Part shown: piece by piece, positions 48,401-57,865 of the stretch
How the letters are laid out: each line of letters starts with the position of its first letter
How positions within the stretch are numbered: the first letter of the stretch is position 1
Source of the DNA: Bacteroidales bacterium
Lineage (GTDB): Bacteria > Bacteroidota > Bacteroidia > Bacteroidales > PUMT01
DNA: 61,000 bases
Assembly (NCBI GenBank): GCA_007132225.1
Contig: SLPB01000061.1
Location: 1-61,000, forward strand
Reading direction: 5' to 3'
Program-made: the position numbers and the translations under genes
The notes under the pieces: model-generated
Seen by the model: the letters and a program-made list of their open reading frames with translations, nothing else
Told to the model about the DNA's origin: nothing
Databases searched by the model: none

Positions 48401-48787
48401 GATGCTTACCTTGATAATAACAGGGGCAGGGTCGCTGAACGAAATGGTGCAAAATTTCCCTGGATGCATCATTTTGATCTGAGGGTTACCCAGGATTTAG
48501 TATTGCGCCCAGGAGAAAATCACTATAAGCTGCAAGGTTTTTTGGATATTATCAATTTTGGCAATTTGATAAATTCAAAATGGGGAGTCGGTAAAACCAG
48601 TGTTCAGAACAACCTGATGAATTTTGAAGGGGTCGACATTCACGGTAACGGAATGTTTACCATTAACACAGTTCCCGGTACCGGTGATTTCCCGAGATCC
48701 TCATACAGGAACCTTATAGGGCTTGACCGGACCTGGTCCGCACAAATTGGATTACGCTTATCTTTAAACCATGTTCCACGATTATAA
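45473..48787 (+). CDS. Oar-like TonB-dependent receptor with N-terminal carboxypeptidase-regulatory-like domain
   Basis: Signal peptide. Motifs GGPYSL, NNYTLDG..NNSFGL, APYDVRQGGFTGA, SPRIGVNYD, RGGTGLFSGR and PQVWRTN. No SusD partner. Confidence 0.88.
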   Translation: MKILAFILAFTTIVTGSFSRDPATAAIHGRVVDAQGQDLPGVTIFAIHTPTGAAWETISRVDGRFNLSGLHTGGPYSLTFTSVDYRPEEITGIRLTPGEERYLSIILIEKEDALAEIVIAEFTDGTFNIGRTGATTNIDAGIIGSSPSISRSPDDLTRLTPQSRGASFAGRDNRFNNYTLDGIIYNNSFGLSGFQLPGGNPLSLESIEGIRVNLAPYDVRQGGFTGAGVNIISKRGDNQFRGAVYAYYNDEHFSGTKAGTWELLADEIFTRITGASVSGPVLGDRLFFFFSIEQEKGSGPGLQKVSSRPGLAPDGLRVSRVPASELDFVREKMMQLYGYETGGYQGYGFLDEGLRINARLDFNINPSNKMMVRVNHYTAFRDAPVNANSLHYNPEALRYRNTSRSGIEAMNFRNSHYSADYNVTSVAGELNTFISPSMANNFRIGYSKAEDPVRTIPGRQSFPFIEVLEFEGTTPYYYMTMGNELFSAGNELLNNTLNITNNFSFHAGRHNLIFGVSLEYLTFYNAFNPVINGFYRFNSFDNFTAAVIERDFNIRPDLFLQGYPLNEEDDGPVDETAFGQVGLYIQNRFEASSRINLTLGIRIDVPFYPVDLPKNPALDDMNLRFTNPRTGENIVPDVSELPGVHPLWSPRIGVNYDVFGDMSLQVRGGTGLFSGRVPFVWISNQVNNNGLARGGYGMTPGQWGIDGNPHWQGFQDDVAFYRPDPAAQQGVVSENLAITDREFKLPQVWRTNIAADYVFPYDVVATLEGIYSLDINSPLALNVNTTRPAQRLNNPYPFPYWPYEENFYDNPEFTNVIMLTNINAGFYASVTAELSREFGEYGNAWIAYTRSISRDYGLEGGSQAASLWPFTVVDDRNDPRMGFSRFDQPNRLVAMVTINTRALGNRFNTGISLVYDGGERGRFSYTYSGSFNDGADRLMYIPVSQHDSYLVDKMADGEIVMTAEQQWEILDKFISQDAYLDNNRGRVAERNGAKFPWMHHFDLRVTQDLVLRPGENHYKLQGFLDIINFGNLINSKWGVGKTSVQNNLMNFEGVDIHGNGMFTINTVPGTGDFPRSSYRNLIGLDRTWSAQIGLRLSLNHVPRL

Positions 48788-49162
48788 CCGGGGATACAAT
48801 ATCCGGAAATTTAATACTGCATATGTCTATTTGTATAACGTTCAAGCAAATAGAGTGCATAGTTAATAACCTTGATCCATTTGTTGATAACTACAAAGTG
48901 GGACATGATGTAAAAACAGCATGCATTATTTAATTTTGATATCCTACACAGGTCTCCACCTGACTTTTTATATAAACTGTTGTTATAAAGGCCATTAATA
49001 AGCTAATTTTCATATAGACTATGATGTTAAATTATTCGTTTAACAGATATAATCATCTGCACAAAAATATTGAATAGAAATAAAGTATGGATCCGCACCG
49101 GAATGTTACTCTTACTTACTATAAGACATTAAATTATTAATTTTACAAAGACTTGGATATAA

Positions 49163-51757
49163 ATGAAAACTACAGCGATGTCAGTGAAAAATAGAAAAGG
49201 CGATGACCCCATAAGTAATAAGCCTGAACCACATATTAATACATACACCGATGAGGAAGCATTCAGGCATTCCCGGGAATATTTCAGGGGTGATGAACTG
49301 GCAGCACGAGTATGGATTAACAAATATGCACTGAAAGATTCTCTCGGCCGTCTCTATGAACTTACTCCCGATTATATGCATCGCCGGCTTGCAGGCGAGA
49401 TTGCAAGAATTGAAAAAAATTATCCCAATCCCCTGGGAGAAGAAGATATTTATCAATTGATGAAGGAGTTTAAGTATATTGTTCCCCAGGGAGGACCAAT
49501 GAGCGGCATAGGAAATAATTTTCAGCTTGTTTCACTTTCCAACTGTTTCGTTATTGGAGATGATTCGGGTATTGATTCCTATGGCGGAATTATGAAAGTG
49601 GACCAGGAGCAGGTCCAGTTAATGAAGAGAAGAGGAGGGGTTGGCCATGACCTTTCACCTATCAGGCCTTCAGGAAGCCAGGTTTTAAATTCCGCACTTA
49701 CCTCAACCGGTGTTGTTCCGTTTATGGAAAGATATTCAAATTCAACCCGGGAAGTGGCCCAGGATGGGCGAAGGGGTGCTTTAATGCTGACTATTTCAAT
49801 AAAACATCCCGATGCTGAAAAATTTATAGATGCAAAGCTTCAGGCAGGCAAGGTTACCGGAGCCAATGTGTCGGTAAAGATTGATGATGAGTTTATGAAG
49901 GCTGTTACTGAAAAAAAACCTTATATCCAGCAGTTTCCTGTAAATTCCGATAATCCGGAAATAAAGAAAGAGATAGATGCAGGCAAGCTTTGGGAAAAGA
50001 TAGTGCATAATGCATGGAAATCGGCCGAACCCGGAATCCTTTTTTGGGATACTGTTTTACGGGAATCGGTGCCTGATTCATATGCGGATATGGGTTACAA
50101 AACTGTGTCAACCAATCCCTGCGGAGAGATACCTTTATGTCCGTATGACAGTTGCCGGCTACTGGCGATTAATCTATACAGCTATGTAAATGAGCCATTT
50201 ACCAAAGAGTCTAAATTTGATTTCGATAAGTTCAGGCAGCATGTGGGATATGCTCAGCGGATAATGGATGATATTATTGATCTGGAGCTTGAGAAAATTG
50301 ACCGGATACTTGAAAAGATTTCTAAAGACCCTGAGGATGATGAGATCAAGCGTGTAGAACGCAAGCTTTGGGAAAATATCAGGATCAAGGCTGAAGAGGG
50401 ACGACGCACAGGTGTCGGAATAACTGCCGAAGGTGATATGCTTGCTGCACTTGGTCTGACATACGGTACTGATAATGCCAATGATTTCTCAACTGAAATA
50501 CATAAAACCGTGGCACTTGAAGCCTACCGCTCATCCGTCAGCATGGCCAGGGAGAGGGGAGCTTTCGCCATTTACGATTCTCAGCGTGAGAAAGACAATC
50601 CTTTTATTAACCGGTTGAAAAAGGAAGATGAGCAATTGTACCGGGATATGGTCCGGTACGGACGGCGTAACATTGCACTGCTGACCATAGCTCCCACTGG
50701 CACCACCAGCCTTATGACCCAGACCACATCGGGAGTTGAACCCGTTTTCATGCCGGTTTACAAGAGAAGACGCAAGGTAAACCCGAATGACAAAAATTCA
50801 ACCGTCTCTTTTGTTGACGAGGTTGGTGATTCATGGGAAGAATATAACGTTTTTCATCATAAGTTCCTTACCTGGCTGGAGGTAAACGGTTACGACTCCA
50901 ACGAAGTAAAGAAGTATGATGATGATGCTGTTGATGAACTTGTTGCCAAATCACCTTACCATAAGGCCACATCAACTGATGTTGACTGGCTTAGCAAGGT
51001 AAGGATGCAGGGAGCAATTCAGAAATGGGTTGACCATTCAATAAGCGTTACCATCAACCTTCCTGAAGATGCAAAGGAAGATCTGGTTGGCGAATTATAC
51101 GTAACCGCCTGGAAGAGCGGATGCAAAGGAACCACAGTTTACCGTGAGGGATCCCGTGCAGGGGTGCTGGTATCAAACAGAAAGGAAAAGAAAGGGGAAG
51201 ATGTTCATGTACCCAAAAAACGGCCCGAAGTACTGGAGGCTGATGTGGTAAGGTTTATGAACAATGATGAGAAATGGATAGCTTTTGTGGGCAAGCTTGA
51301 TGGAAGACCTTATGAGATATTTACAGGGAAGGAGGATGATGATGTTTTCCCGGTACCAAAAACTATCAAGAAAGGCTATATCATTAAAAGGGTGCAGGAA
51401 GACGGGACCAAGCGCTATGATTTCAGATATATTGACAAATTTGGCTACGGGAACACTTTTGAGGGGTTGTCACGAATATTTGATGTTGAATTCTGGAATT
51501 ATGCCAAGCTTATTTCCGGAGTATTGCGGCACGGCATGCCCATCCCCGATGTTGTTGACCTGGTTTCCTCTCTCAGGCTTGACAGTGAAAATATAAACAC
51601 CTGGAAAAACGGGGTTGAACGTACACTTAGAAAGTATATTCCCAATGGTACCAAAGCCAAAAAGGGATCGCTCTGCCCAAGCTGTGATTCCGGTAATTTG
51701 ATGTTCCAGGAGGGATGCCTCACCTGTCAGGATTGCGGTAATTCAAAATGCGGTTAG
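49163..51757 (+). CDS. nrdJ: Class II (adenosylcobalamin-dependent) ribonucleotide reductase
   Basis: Motifs SLSNCFV, GRRGALM, EPGILF, TNPCGE, IAPTGT and KGTTVYR. C-terminal TSCPD region and CxxC...CxxC zinc ribbon. Confidence 0.95.
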   Translation: MKTTAMSVKNRKGDDPISNKPEPHINTYTDEEAFRHSREYFRGDELAARVWINKYALKDSLGRLYELTPDYMHRRLAGEIARIEKNYPNPLGEEDIYQLMKEFKYIVPQGGPMSGIGNNFQLVSLSNCFVIGDDSGIDSYGGIMKVDQEQVQLMKRRGGVGHDLSPIRPSGSQVLNSALTSTGVVPFMERYSNSTREVAQDGRRGALMLTISIKHPDAEKFIDAKLQAGKVTGANVSVKIDDEFMKAVTEKKPYIQQFPVNSDNPEIKKEIDAGKLWEKIVHNAWKSAEPGILFWDTVLRESVPDSYADMGYKTVSTNPCGEIPLCPYDSCRLLAINLYSYVNEPFTKESKFDFDKFRQHVGYAQRIMDDIIDLELEKIDRILEKISKDPEDDEIKRVERKLWENIRIKAEEGRRTGVGITAEGDMLAALGLTYGTDNANDFSTEIHKTVALEAYRSSVSMARERGAFAIYDSQREKDNPFINRLKKEDEQLYRDMVRYGRRNIALLTIAPTGTTSLMTQTTSGVEPVFMPVYKRRRKVNPNDKNSTVSFVDEVGDSWEEYNVFHHKFLTWLEVNGYDSNEVKKYDDDAVDELVAKSPYHKATSTDVDWLSKVRMQGAIQKWVDHSISVTINLPEDAKEDLVGELYVTAWKSGCKGTTVYREGSRAGVLVSNRKEKKGEDVHVPKKRPEVLEADVVRFMNNDEKWIAFVGKLDGRPYEIFTGKEDDDVFPVPKTIKKGYIIKRVQEDGTKRYDFRYIDKFGYGNTFEGLSRIFDVEFWNYAKLISGVLRHGMPIPDVVDLVSSLRLDSENINTWKNGVERTLRKYIPNGTKAKKGSLCPSCDSGNLMFQEGCLTCQDCGNSKCG

Positions 51758-51804
51758 ACAACATTAATATTCAGGCCGCCTGAGGCTTTCAATTCCTTAT
51801 ACTT

Positions 51805-51843
51805 AAAAATAATCACCCGGTTCTCTTAAGATCGGGTGATTAT
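51805..51843 (-). terminator. Intrinsic terminator between convergent nrdJ and kbl
   Basis: ATAATCACCCG(51809-19)/CGGGTGATTAT(51833-43) stem, with the T tract on the minus strand. Confidence 0.65.
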
Positions 51844-51907
51844 CCATATTCCGGACCTGACAGATAACCGGACTTAATAACTTTGCCGCAGGGTTTGTTG
51901 ACAGCCA

Positions 51908-53098
51908 TTAGCCTAAAACCCCAAGCTCCCTGCCAATCTTTGTAAAAGCAGCAATACATTTGTCGAGATGGTCAGTGCGGTGGGCTGCTGATACCTGAAC
52001 CCTTATCCGGGCCTGATCTTTTGGTACAACGGGGAAATAGAATCCAATTACAAATATTCCCTCATCCAGCAGCCTGGCAGCAAAATCCTGGGAAAGCTTT
52101 GCATCATAAAGCATTACAGCGATAATGGCAGATTGGGTGGGTTTGATATCAAAGCCTGCAGCTTTCATTTTCTCCATGAAATAGCTGGTGTTGATGTGTA
52201 GTTTATCCTGAAGCTCATGAGTTTCGGCCATCATATCGAACATTTTTATACCTGCATTCACAACTGATGGTGGCACCGAGTTAGAGAAAAGGTATGGCCT
52301 TGATCGTTGCCGTAAAATCTCAATTATCTCTTTCCTTCCTGTTGTGAAGCCTCCTATGGCTCCTCCAAAGGCTTTCCCAAGTGTCCCCGTAATTATGTCG
52401 ACCCTTCCACGCATATTGAAAAGTTCGGTTACGCCCCTTCCAGTTTTACCTACTACTCCGGCAGAATGACATTCGTCCACCATTACCATGGCATCGTATT
52501 TCTCAGCCAGTTCATTTATTTTATCCATTGGTGCCACGTTGCCGTCCATGGAGAACACGCCGTCGGTTACTATTATGCGAAATCGCTGCGCCTGCGCTTC
52601 TCTTAGTTTTTCTTCAAGGTCAGCCATATCTGCATTCTTATACCGGTAACGCTGTGCTTTGCAAAGCCTGACACCGTCAATTATGGACGCGTGATTCAGG
52701 GAATCGGAGATAATGGCATCCTCACTGGAAAATAATGGTTCAAAAACTCCGCCGTTTGCATCGAAACAGGCAGCATACAATATTGTCTCTTCGGTGCCGA
52801 AGTATTCAGCTATCCTGGCTTCCAGTTTTTTATGCAGGTCCTGCGTTCCGCAGATAAACCTTACTGAAGACATGCCGAACCCGCGGGAATCCATTCCCTC
52901 TTTTGCAGCCTCTATTAGTGCAGGGTGATTTGAAAGGCCAAGATAATTATTGGCACAGAAATTAAGAACCCTGTCCCCATTTTCGACTTCAATCTCAACA
53001 TCCTGGGGCGATGTTATGATCCGTTCCTTTTTAAAAAGTCCTTCAGACCGGATGCTCTCAAGCTCTTTATGTAGGTGTTCTTTAATTTTTCCGTACAT
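51908..53098 (-). CDS. kbl: Glycine C-acetyltransferase (2-amino-3-ketobutyrate CoA ligase)
   Basis: Motifs NFCANNYLGL, SVRFICGTQ, NHASIIDG, GTLGKAFGG and RPYLFSNS. Start ATG 53098. -7 element TATCTTTG at 53147-53154 (minus). Confidence 0.96.
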   Translation of the reverse strand: MYGKIKEHLHKELESIRSEGLFKKERIITSPQDVEIEVENGDRVLNFCANNYLGLSNHPALIEAAKEGMDSRGFGMSSVRFICGTQDLHKKLEARIAEYFGTEETILYAACFDANGGVFEPLFSSEDAIISDSLNHASIIDGVRLCKAQRYRYKNADMADLEEKLREAQAQRFRIIVTDGVFSMDGNVAPMDKINELAEKYDAMVMVDECHSAGVVGKTGRGVTELFNMRGRVDIITGTLGKAFGGAIGGFTTGRKEIIEILRQRSRPYLFSNSVPPSVVNAGIKMFDMMAETHELQDKLHINTSYFMEKMKAAGFDIKPTQSAIIAVMLYDAKLSQDFAARLLDEGIFVIGFYFPVVPKDQARIRVQVSAAHRTDHLDKCIAAFTKIGRELGVLG

Positions 53099-53239
53099 TC
53101 GGTTATTATTATGGTTTGCACATAACTTCAGGTGATTTACCCTTAACAAAGATAACTTTTTAGCAGGCATTTTTGAGCAGTTGCCCCTATGTTGAATAAT
53201 AGTTGGTCCATTTTTATAATCTCAATGCCAAAAAAGCAC

Positions 53240-54784
53240 TTATTTTTTCAAAATCAGGGCTACCCACTTTTGTCCGGTTGAGGGGGCAGACAATGTTTGC
53301 TTTCCTCCTCCTGAAATTGTGAAAGTTGCACTCCATTCGGACTCCTCTATTTTGAGCCATTTCACTTCAAAATCACCGGATGCCTCACTCATATCAATCT
53401 CCACGCTTCCTCCGTCTCTAAAATACACAGCATATTGTTTACCAATCTCCGCAAGGCACCAGGCCTCATTATAGCTTCTGTTACTTAAAAGGGAGTTGTT
53501 TGGCTCACTGGTGAACACATTAAATTCATTGAAAAGCATTCTTGCACTTTTGATATGGGCCTGTGCATCCGCATTAATTCCTATACCTGATGGAGGCCTG
53601 TGAAACCTGGCAGAAGCGGCTCCGGCAAACAGGGAAACCCAGAAATGTGTTATTCCTCTAATTGACCCTCCTGTCCACCCTAACGAACCCCCATATAATT
53701 TAACTGCAGTGAGAGGCTTCATATCGGTTTCTGTTTTTTCATCTGCTATATCCTCTTTAGCTGCAAGCCAATTGTTATAATATGCATCATAATCAGAACC
53801 TTCCCAGTTTTGAGAAAAGTCATAAAAATCATATTTTGAAGAACGCCTGATTTCCTGTTGCCTTGGATTGTTTAATTCATTTTCTCTTGCCTGATTTGTG
53901 ACAAACACATTTTTTCCTTCACTTTCAGCTTTATCCTTTATATAATTAGTCCAGTAAGCACCGAATTCCAATGGTTCGAGGGTCTCGTTTTCTATTTGAT
54001 ATAAAACGTTGCCGTATTTAAAAGTGATATCAAGTACTTTATCAACGTAATTTTTTAATGTCTCAAGCACAACTGTCCCGGGTGCAGCCGGATCATGTGA
54101 CAATTCGGGAACACAATACCACAGGGGATGATCTCCTCCTGTATATGATCCGCCGGGTAATCCCGAGTCCTGAGAGGTATAGCTGGTATTTCTATCAGGA
54201 TTCCATGGATGACAATTCCAGCCGGTATTATATATTCCATCTTCAGGATGATGCGGATTGTCACCCCTTAGATCGAACCTGTCAAAAAATTCCAATTGTA
54301 CTATGATATCACGTTTTTCACATTCATCTAAAAAAGTATCCAAACGGTCAATCCATTCCTGATCCCATTGATCAAGGTCGTAAACATCTGTATCCACATT
54401 AACACCAGGTGTCCCGCTTGTTTTCAAATAAGGAAACCGGTTACCCTGATTCCGGGAGCTAAGACTTCCACGAACATAATTGCCCCCTATTTCCTGCAAT
54501 AGATCAAGGTGTTCTATAAGAGTCATTTGATCATCATAATATAAATGCAGTCTGCCATCAGCCGGATATTGATACAGATTATCTTCTTCAGAAGCTCCTA
54601 TTAACAGTATAGGTTCATCTTTATATTCCCAGTATCCCGGATTTTCAGAAGAGATTTTAATTTCAACTCTGCTTTTGGGCTTCTCTTCTACCGGGGGTAT
54701 GAGATCTATCCCTTCAGGTTCTGATATTTTGGTGCATCCGTGGATAAATAAAAGCAATGCAATCAGGTGTAATACTCTTTTCAT
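53240..54784 (-). CDS. Lipoprotein with GH-A-like (DUF4038/GH140-like) TIM barrel and C-terminal collagen-binding-2-like domain
   Basis: Lipobox IHGC from ATG 54784. Motifs NYVR, DIIVQLEFFD, YQIENE and ASARFHRPP. C-terminal YAVYF...VKW...WVALI. Confidence 0.6.
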   Translation of the reverse strand: MKRVLHLIALLLFIHGCTKISEPEGIDLIPPVEEKPKSRVEIKISSENPGYWEYKDEPILLIGASEEDNLYQYPADGRLHLYYDDQMTLIEHLDLLQEIGGNYVRGSLSSRNQGNRFPYLKTSGTPGVNVDTDVYDLDQWDQEWIDRLDTFLDECEKRDIIVQLEFFDRFDLRGDNPHHPEDGIYNTGWNCHPWNPDRNTSYTSQDSGLPGGSYTGGDHPLWYCVPELSHDPAAPGTVVLETLKNYVDKVLDITFKYGNVLYQIENETLEPLEFGAYWTNYIKDKAESEGKNVFVTNQARENELNNPRQQEIRRSSKYDFYDFSQNWEGSDYDAYYNNWLAAKEDIADEKTETDMKPLTAVKLYGGSLGWTGGSIRGITHFWVSLFAGAASARFHRPPSGIGINADAQAHIKSARMLFNEFNVFTSEPNNSLLSNRSYNEAWCLAEIGKQYAVYFRDGGSVEIDMSEASGDFEVKWLKIEESEWSATFTISGGGKQTLSAPSTGQKWVALILKK

Positions 54785-55122
54785 AATAGAAACATTTGTT
54801 TTAAAACCCTGAGACCCAAATAATTTTATAAAAAACCTGTCTGTCATTCAAACAGGAAAAAATTACAAGGATGATCTATAAAAAATTGTATAGAATTAAA
54901 ATTACAGTTCTCTGTTTTATTTAACAAATTTATTTAATAATTGTTTTTTTGCCCTGTAAACTAATAATAACAATGATATAAATAAGGTTTTTAATCAAAT
55001 AATATTATTATGTTTGGTATCTGCGGAGAATTAATACTTGCCAGTTATAAGTGCATTTTTTTTGATTGGAAAGAAGCCTGTGGATTTTAATATGCGTTTG
55101 TACAATTCAATAAAATACTGAA

Positions 55123-56085
55123 ATGACCAAAATCCTGGTAATAGGATCTGCCGGACAGATAGGTTCCGAATTAACCCTTAATTTGCGGGAATTGTATGGC
55201 GATGATAATGTTATTGCGGGCATTATAACATCAAAGCCTCCTGAGATACTGAGTGAGACGGGACCATGGGAAATTGTTGATATACTGGACAGGCAAATGA
55301 TTGTCTCGGCAGTAAAAAGTCACAGGGTGGATACTATTGTCAATATGGCTGCAATACTCTCTGCCACGGGTGAGGGTAATCCCATGCTGGCATGGGATGT
55401 TAACATGAACGGGCTGATCAATGTTCTTGAGGTTGCAAGGGAGTTTAAAATGAAGCAGGTACTTGTGCCAAGTTCGATTGCGGTCTTCGGGCCTGCTACC
55501 CCGGTTAACCACACCCCACAGGAAACCGTTCTGAACCCCACCACTATTTATGGGGTCACAAAGGTTGCAGGTGAATTACTTGGTGATTATTATGTTAAGA
55601 GATACGGTCTGGATGTAAGGGGATTGAGATACCCCGGAATTATCAGCCATAAAACCCTTCCCGGTGGCGGCACTACCGATTATGCCGTGGCCATATATTA
55701 TGAAGCTGTTAAAAACAGGAAGTATACATGTTTTGTCAATGAAGAAACACGGCTTCCGATGATGTATATGCCGGATTGCCTCAAAGCCACGATAGAACTT
55801 ATGCAGGCCGATTTCAAAACCCTTGGGCACCATTGTAATTTCAATGTTGGTGCAATGAGTTTCACCGCAGGGGAGCTTGCCCTCTCGGTGAAAAAACATA
55901 TGCCGGATTTTGAAATCAATTATAAACCTGATGAACGTCAAAAAATAGCAGATTCCTGGCCTGATTCAGTTGATGATACAGCAGCTCGTGAAGAATGGGG
56001 ATGGAAGCATGAATATGATCTTGACAACATGACCCGGGACATGCTTAAGGCAATAAGTGAAAAACATGAAAAGGGGCTTATCTGA
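55123..56085 (+). CDS. tdh: L-threonine 3-dehydrogenase (SDR/epimerase type)
   Basis: Motifs GSAGQIG, LSATGE, PSSIAVFG, YGVTK, GGGTTDYAV and IADSWP. Close to kbl. Confidence 0.88.
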   Translation: MTKILVIGSAGQIGSELTLNLRELYGDDNVIAGIITSKPPEILSETGPWEIVDILDRQMIVSAVKSHRVDTIVNMAAILSATGEGNPMLAWDVNMNGLINVLEVAREFKMKQVLVPSSIAVFGPATPVNHTPQETVLNPTTIYGVTKVAGELLGDYYVKRYGLDVRGLRYPGIISHKTLPGGGTTDYAVAIYYEAVKNRKYTCFVNEETRLPMMYMPDCLKATIELMQADFKTLGHHCNFNVGAMSFTAGELALSVKKHMPDFEINYKPDERQKIADSWPDSVDDTAAREEWGWKHEYDLDNMTRDMLKAISEKHEKGLI

Positions 56086-56288
56086 TCCATTTGCTGCTGG
56101 TAAGTAATTACTGAAAGTCACTTTTCGGTGCCAATCCTGATTGAGGACGGACCGGCTGACTGTTCCGGTGCAGTTTATTATCGTTTTTTGCTGGTTTGTT
56201 TTTGAGGACCCTCTGGCAGATCAAAAATTATGATAAGCCGGTTGTGGTAATTTTTGTATTTTTACAGTAAACATAAAACCTGATCCAT

Positions 56289-57815
56289 ATGTCTGAAATA
56301 CCAGTAAGAGTAAGATTTGCACCAAGTCCCACCGGTCCGCTGCACATAGGCGGAGTGCGAACAGCTCTTTTCAACTATCTTTTTGCACGGAAAAATAATG
56401 GCACTTTTATTTTACGTATGGAAGATACCGACCAGCACAGGTATGTAACCGGAGCAGAGGAGTATATTATCGAGTCGCTCGAATGGTGCAAACTGGCAAT
56501 TGACGAAGGTGTTTCTGCGGGAGGCCCACATGCTCCATACAGACAATCTGAAAGAAAGGATATTTACCGCGATTATGCGACGCAGCTTGTGGACAGCGGT
56601 CATGCATACATTGCTTTTGACAGTTCCCCGGAGCTTGAAAGGCTCCGTGAAGAGAAAGAGAAGAGTGGCGGGGTTTTTCAGTATGATCATACAGTACGCG
56701 GATCACTGAATAATTCTTTATCACTTTCTCCTTCTGAAGTTGAAAAGATGCTCAGCAACGAAGTTCCCCATGTAATAAGGTTCAAAATGCCGGTGGACAG
56801 GGAAATTGTTATCCATGACATTATAAGGGGAGAGGTGCGGGTAAATACCTCCACGCTTGATGACAAAGTGCTGTTTAAGGCCGACGGCATGCCAACATAT
56901 CATCTTGCCAATGTAACGGATGATTATCTGATGGAAATATCCCATGTAATACGGGGAGAGGAATGGCTTCCTTCATTGCCTCTGCATATATTACTTTATG
57001 AAGCCCTGGGGTGGAAAGAAAACATGCCTGAATTTGCCCACCTGCCACTTTTACTTAAACCCAGCGGAAAAGGAAAATTAAGTAAAAGGGACGGCGACAA
57101 GCTTGGCTTTCCCGTATTCCCTTTACAGTGGACAGATCCTTCCAGCGGTGCAATATCTGCCGGTTACAGGGAATCAGGATATTTTCCTGAAGCATTTGTT
57201 AACCTGCTGGCGTTGCTGGGATGGAATCCCGGTACCGATAAGGAGATATTTTCACTCGATGAGCTCACTGAGTATTTTTCGCTGGAAAGGGTACACAAGT
57301 CCGGCGCCCGGTTTGACCCGGAGAAAGCAAAATGGTTCAATCATCAATACCTTGTATCCATGGATGATTCCAGGCTTGCCAAAGAGTTTAAAAAGATAGT
57401 CAGAGAAAAGGGGTTTGATGCCGACCATGAAAAACTGGAGAATATCTGTGGACTTGTTAAGGAGAGGGCTGGTTTCGTGAGCGAGATCTGGGATCAGGCT
57501 TCATTTTTCTTTGAAAGACCCCGGCAGTATGATGAAAAAGTAATCAGAAAGAAATGGAAGGAAGAAACACCGGCTTTACTTAGTGAAATTGCCGGGTTGC
57601 TTCATAAAACCGAACCTTTTAGTGCAGGTAATCTTTCTGCTGATATTAAGTACCATCTCGAAAAGACCGGAACGGGGATCGGAACCGTGATGACTCCACT
57701 CAGACTTGCTCTGGTAGGGGAAAGCAAGGGACCTGATCTTTTTAGTATTCTTGAACTTCTGGGAAAGGAGGAGAGCATTGCCCGTATTAATCTTGCCATT
57801 GAGAGAATCGGTTAG
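56289..57815 (+). CDS. gltX: Glutamate--tRNA ligase
   Basis: Motifs RFAPSPTGPLHIGG, PYRQSER, PTYHLAN, HVIRGEEW and KLSKR. Confidence 0.97.
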   Translation: MSEIPVRVRFAPSPTGPLHIGGVRTALFNYLFARKNNGTFILRMEDTDQHRYVTGAEEYIIESLEWCKLAIDEGVSAGGPHAPYRQSERKDIYRDYATQLVDSGHAYIAFDSSPELERLREEKEKSGGVFQYDHTVRGSLNNSLSLSPSEVEKMLSNEVPHVIRFKMPVDREIVIHDIIRGEVRVNTSTLDDKVLFKADGMPTYHLANVTDDYLMEISHVIRGEEWLPSLPLHILLYEALGWKENMPEFAHLPLLLKPSGKGKLSKRDGDKLGFPVFPLQWTDPSSGAISAGYRESGYFPEAFVNLLALLGWNPGTDKEIFSLDELTEYFSLERVHKSGARFDPEKAKWFNHQYLVSMDDSRLAKEFKKIVREKGFDADHEKLENICGLVKERAGFVSEIWDQASFFFERPRQYDEKVIRKKWKEETPALLSEIAGLLHKTEPFSAGNLSADIKYHLEKTGTGIGTVMTPLRLALVGESKGPDLFSILELLGKEESIARINLAIERIG

Positions 57816-57865
57816 AGAAACAGGATAGTCATAAGCAGGGTTTGCCGGGAAGGCTGTTTTATTAG

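Noticed and set aside
48788-49162. Cobalamin riboswitch or NrdR box upstream of nrdJ
   Set aside because: No GGGAA...GCCACTG B12-box elements and no NrdR-box palindrome are visible. No B12 box was seen upstream of the TonB receptor either.
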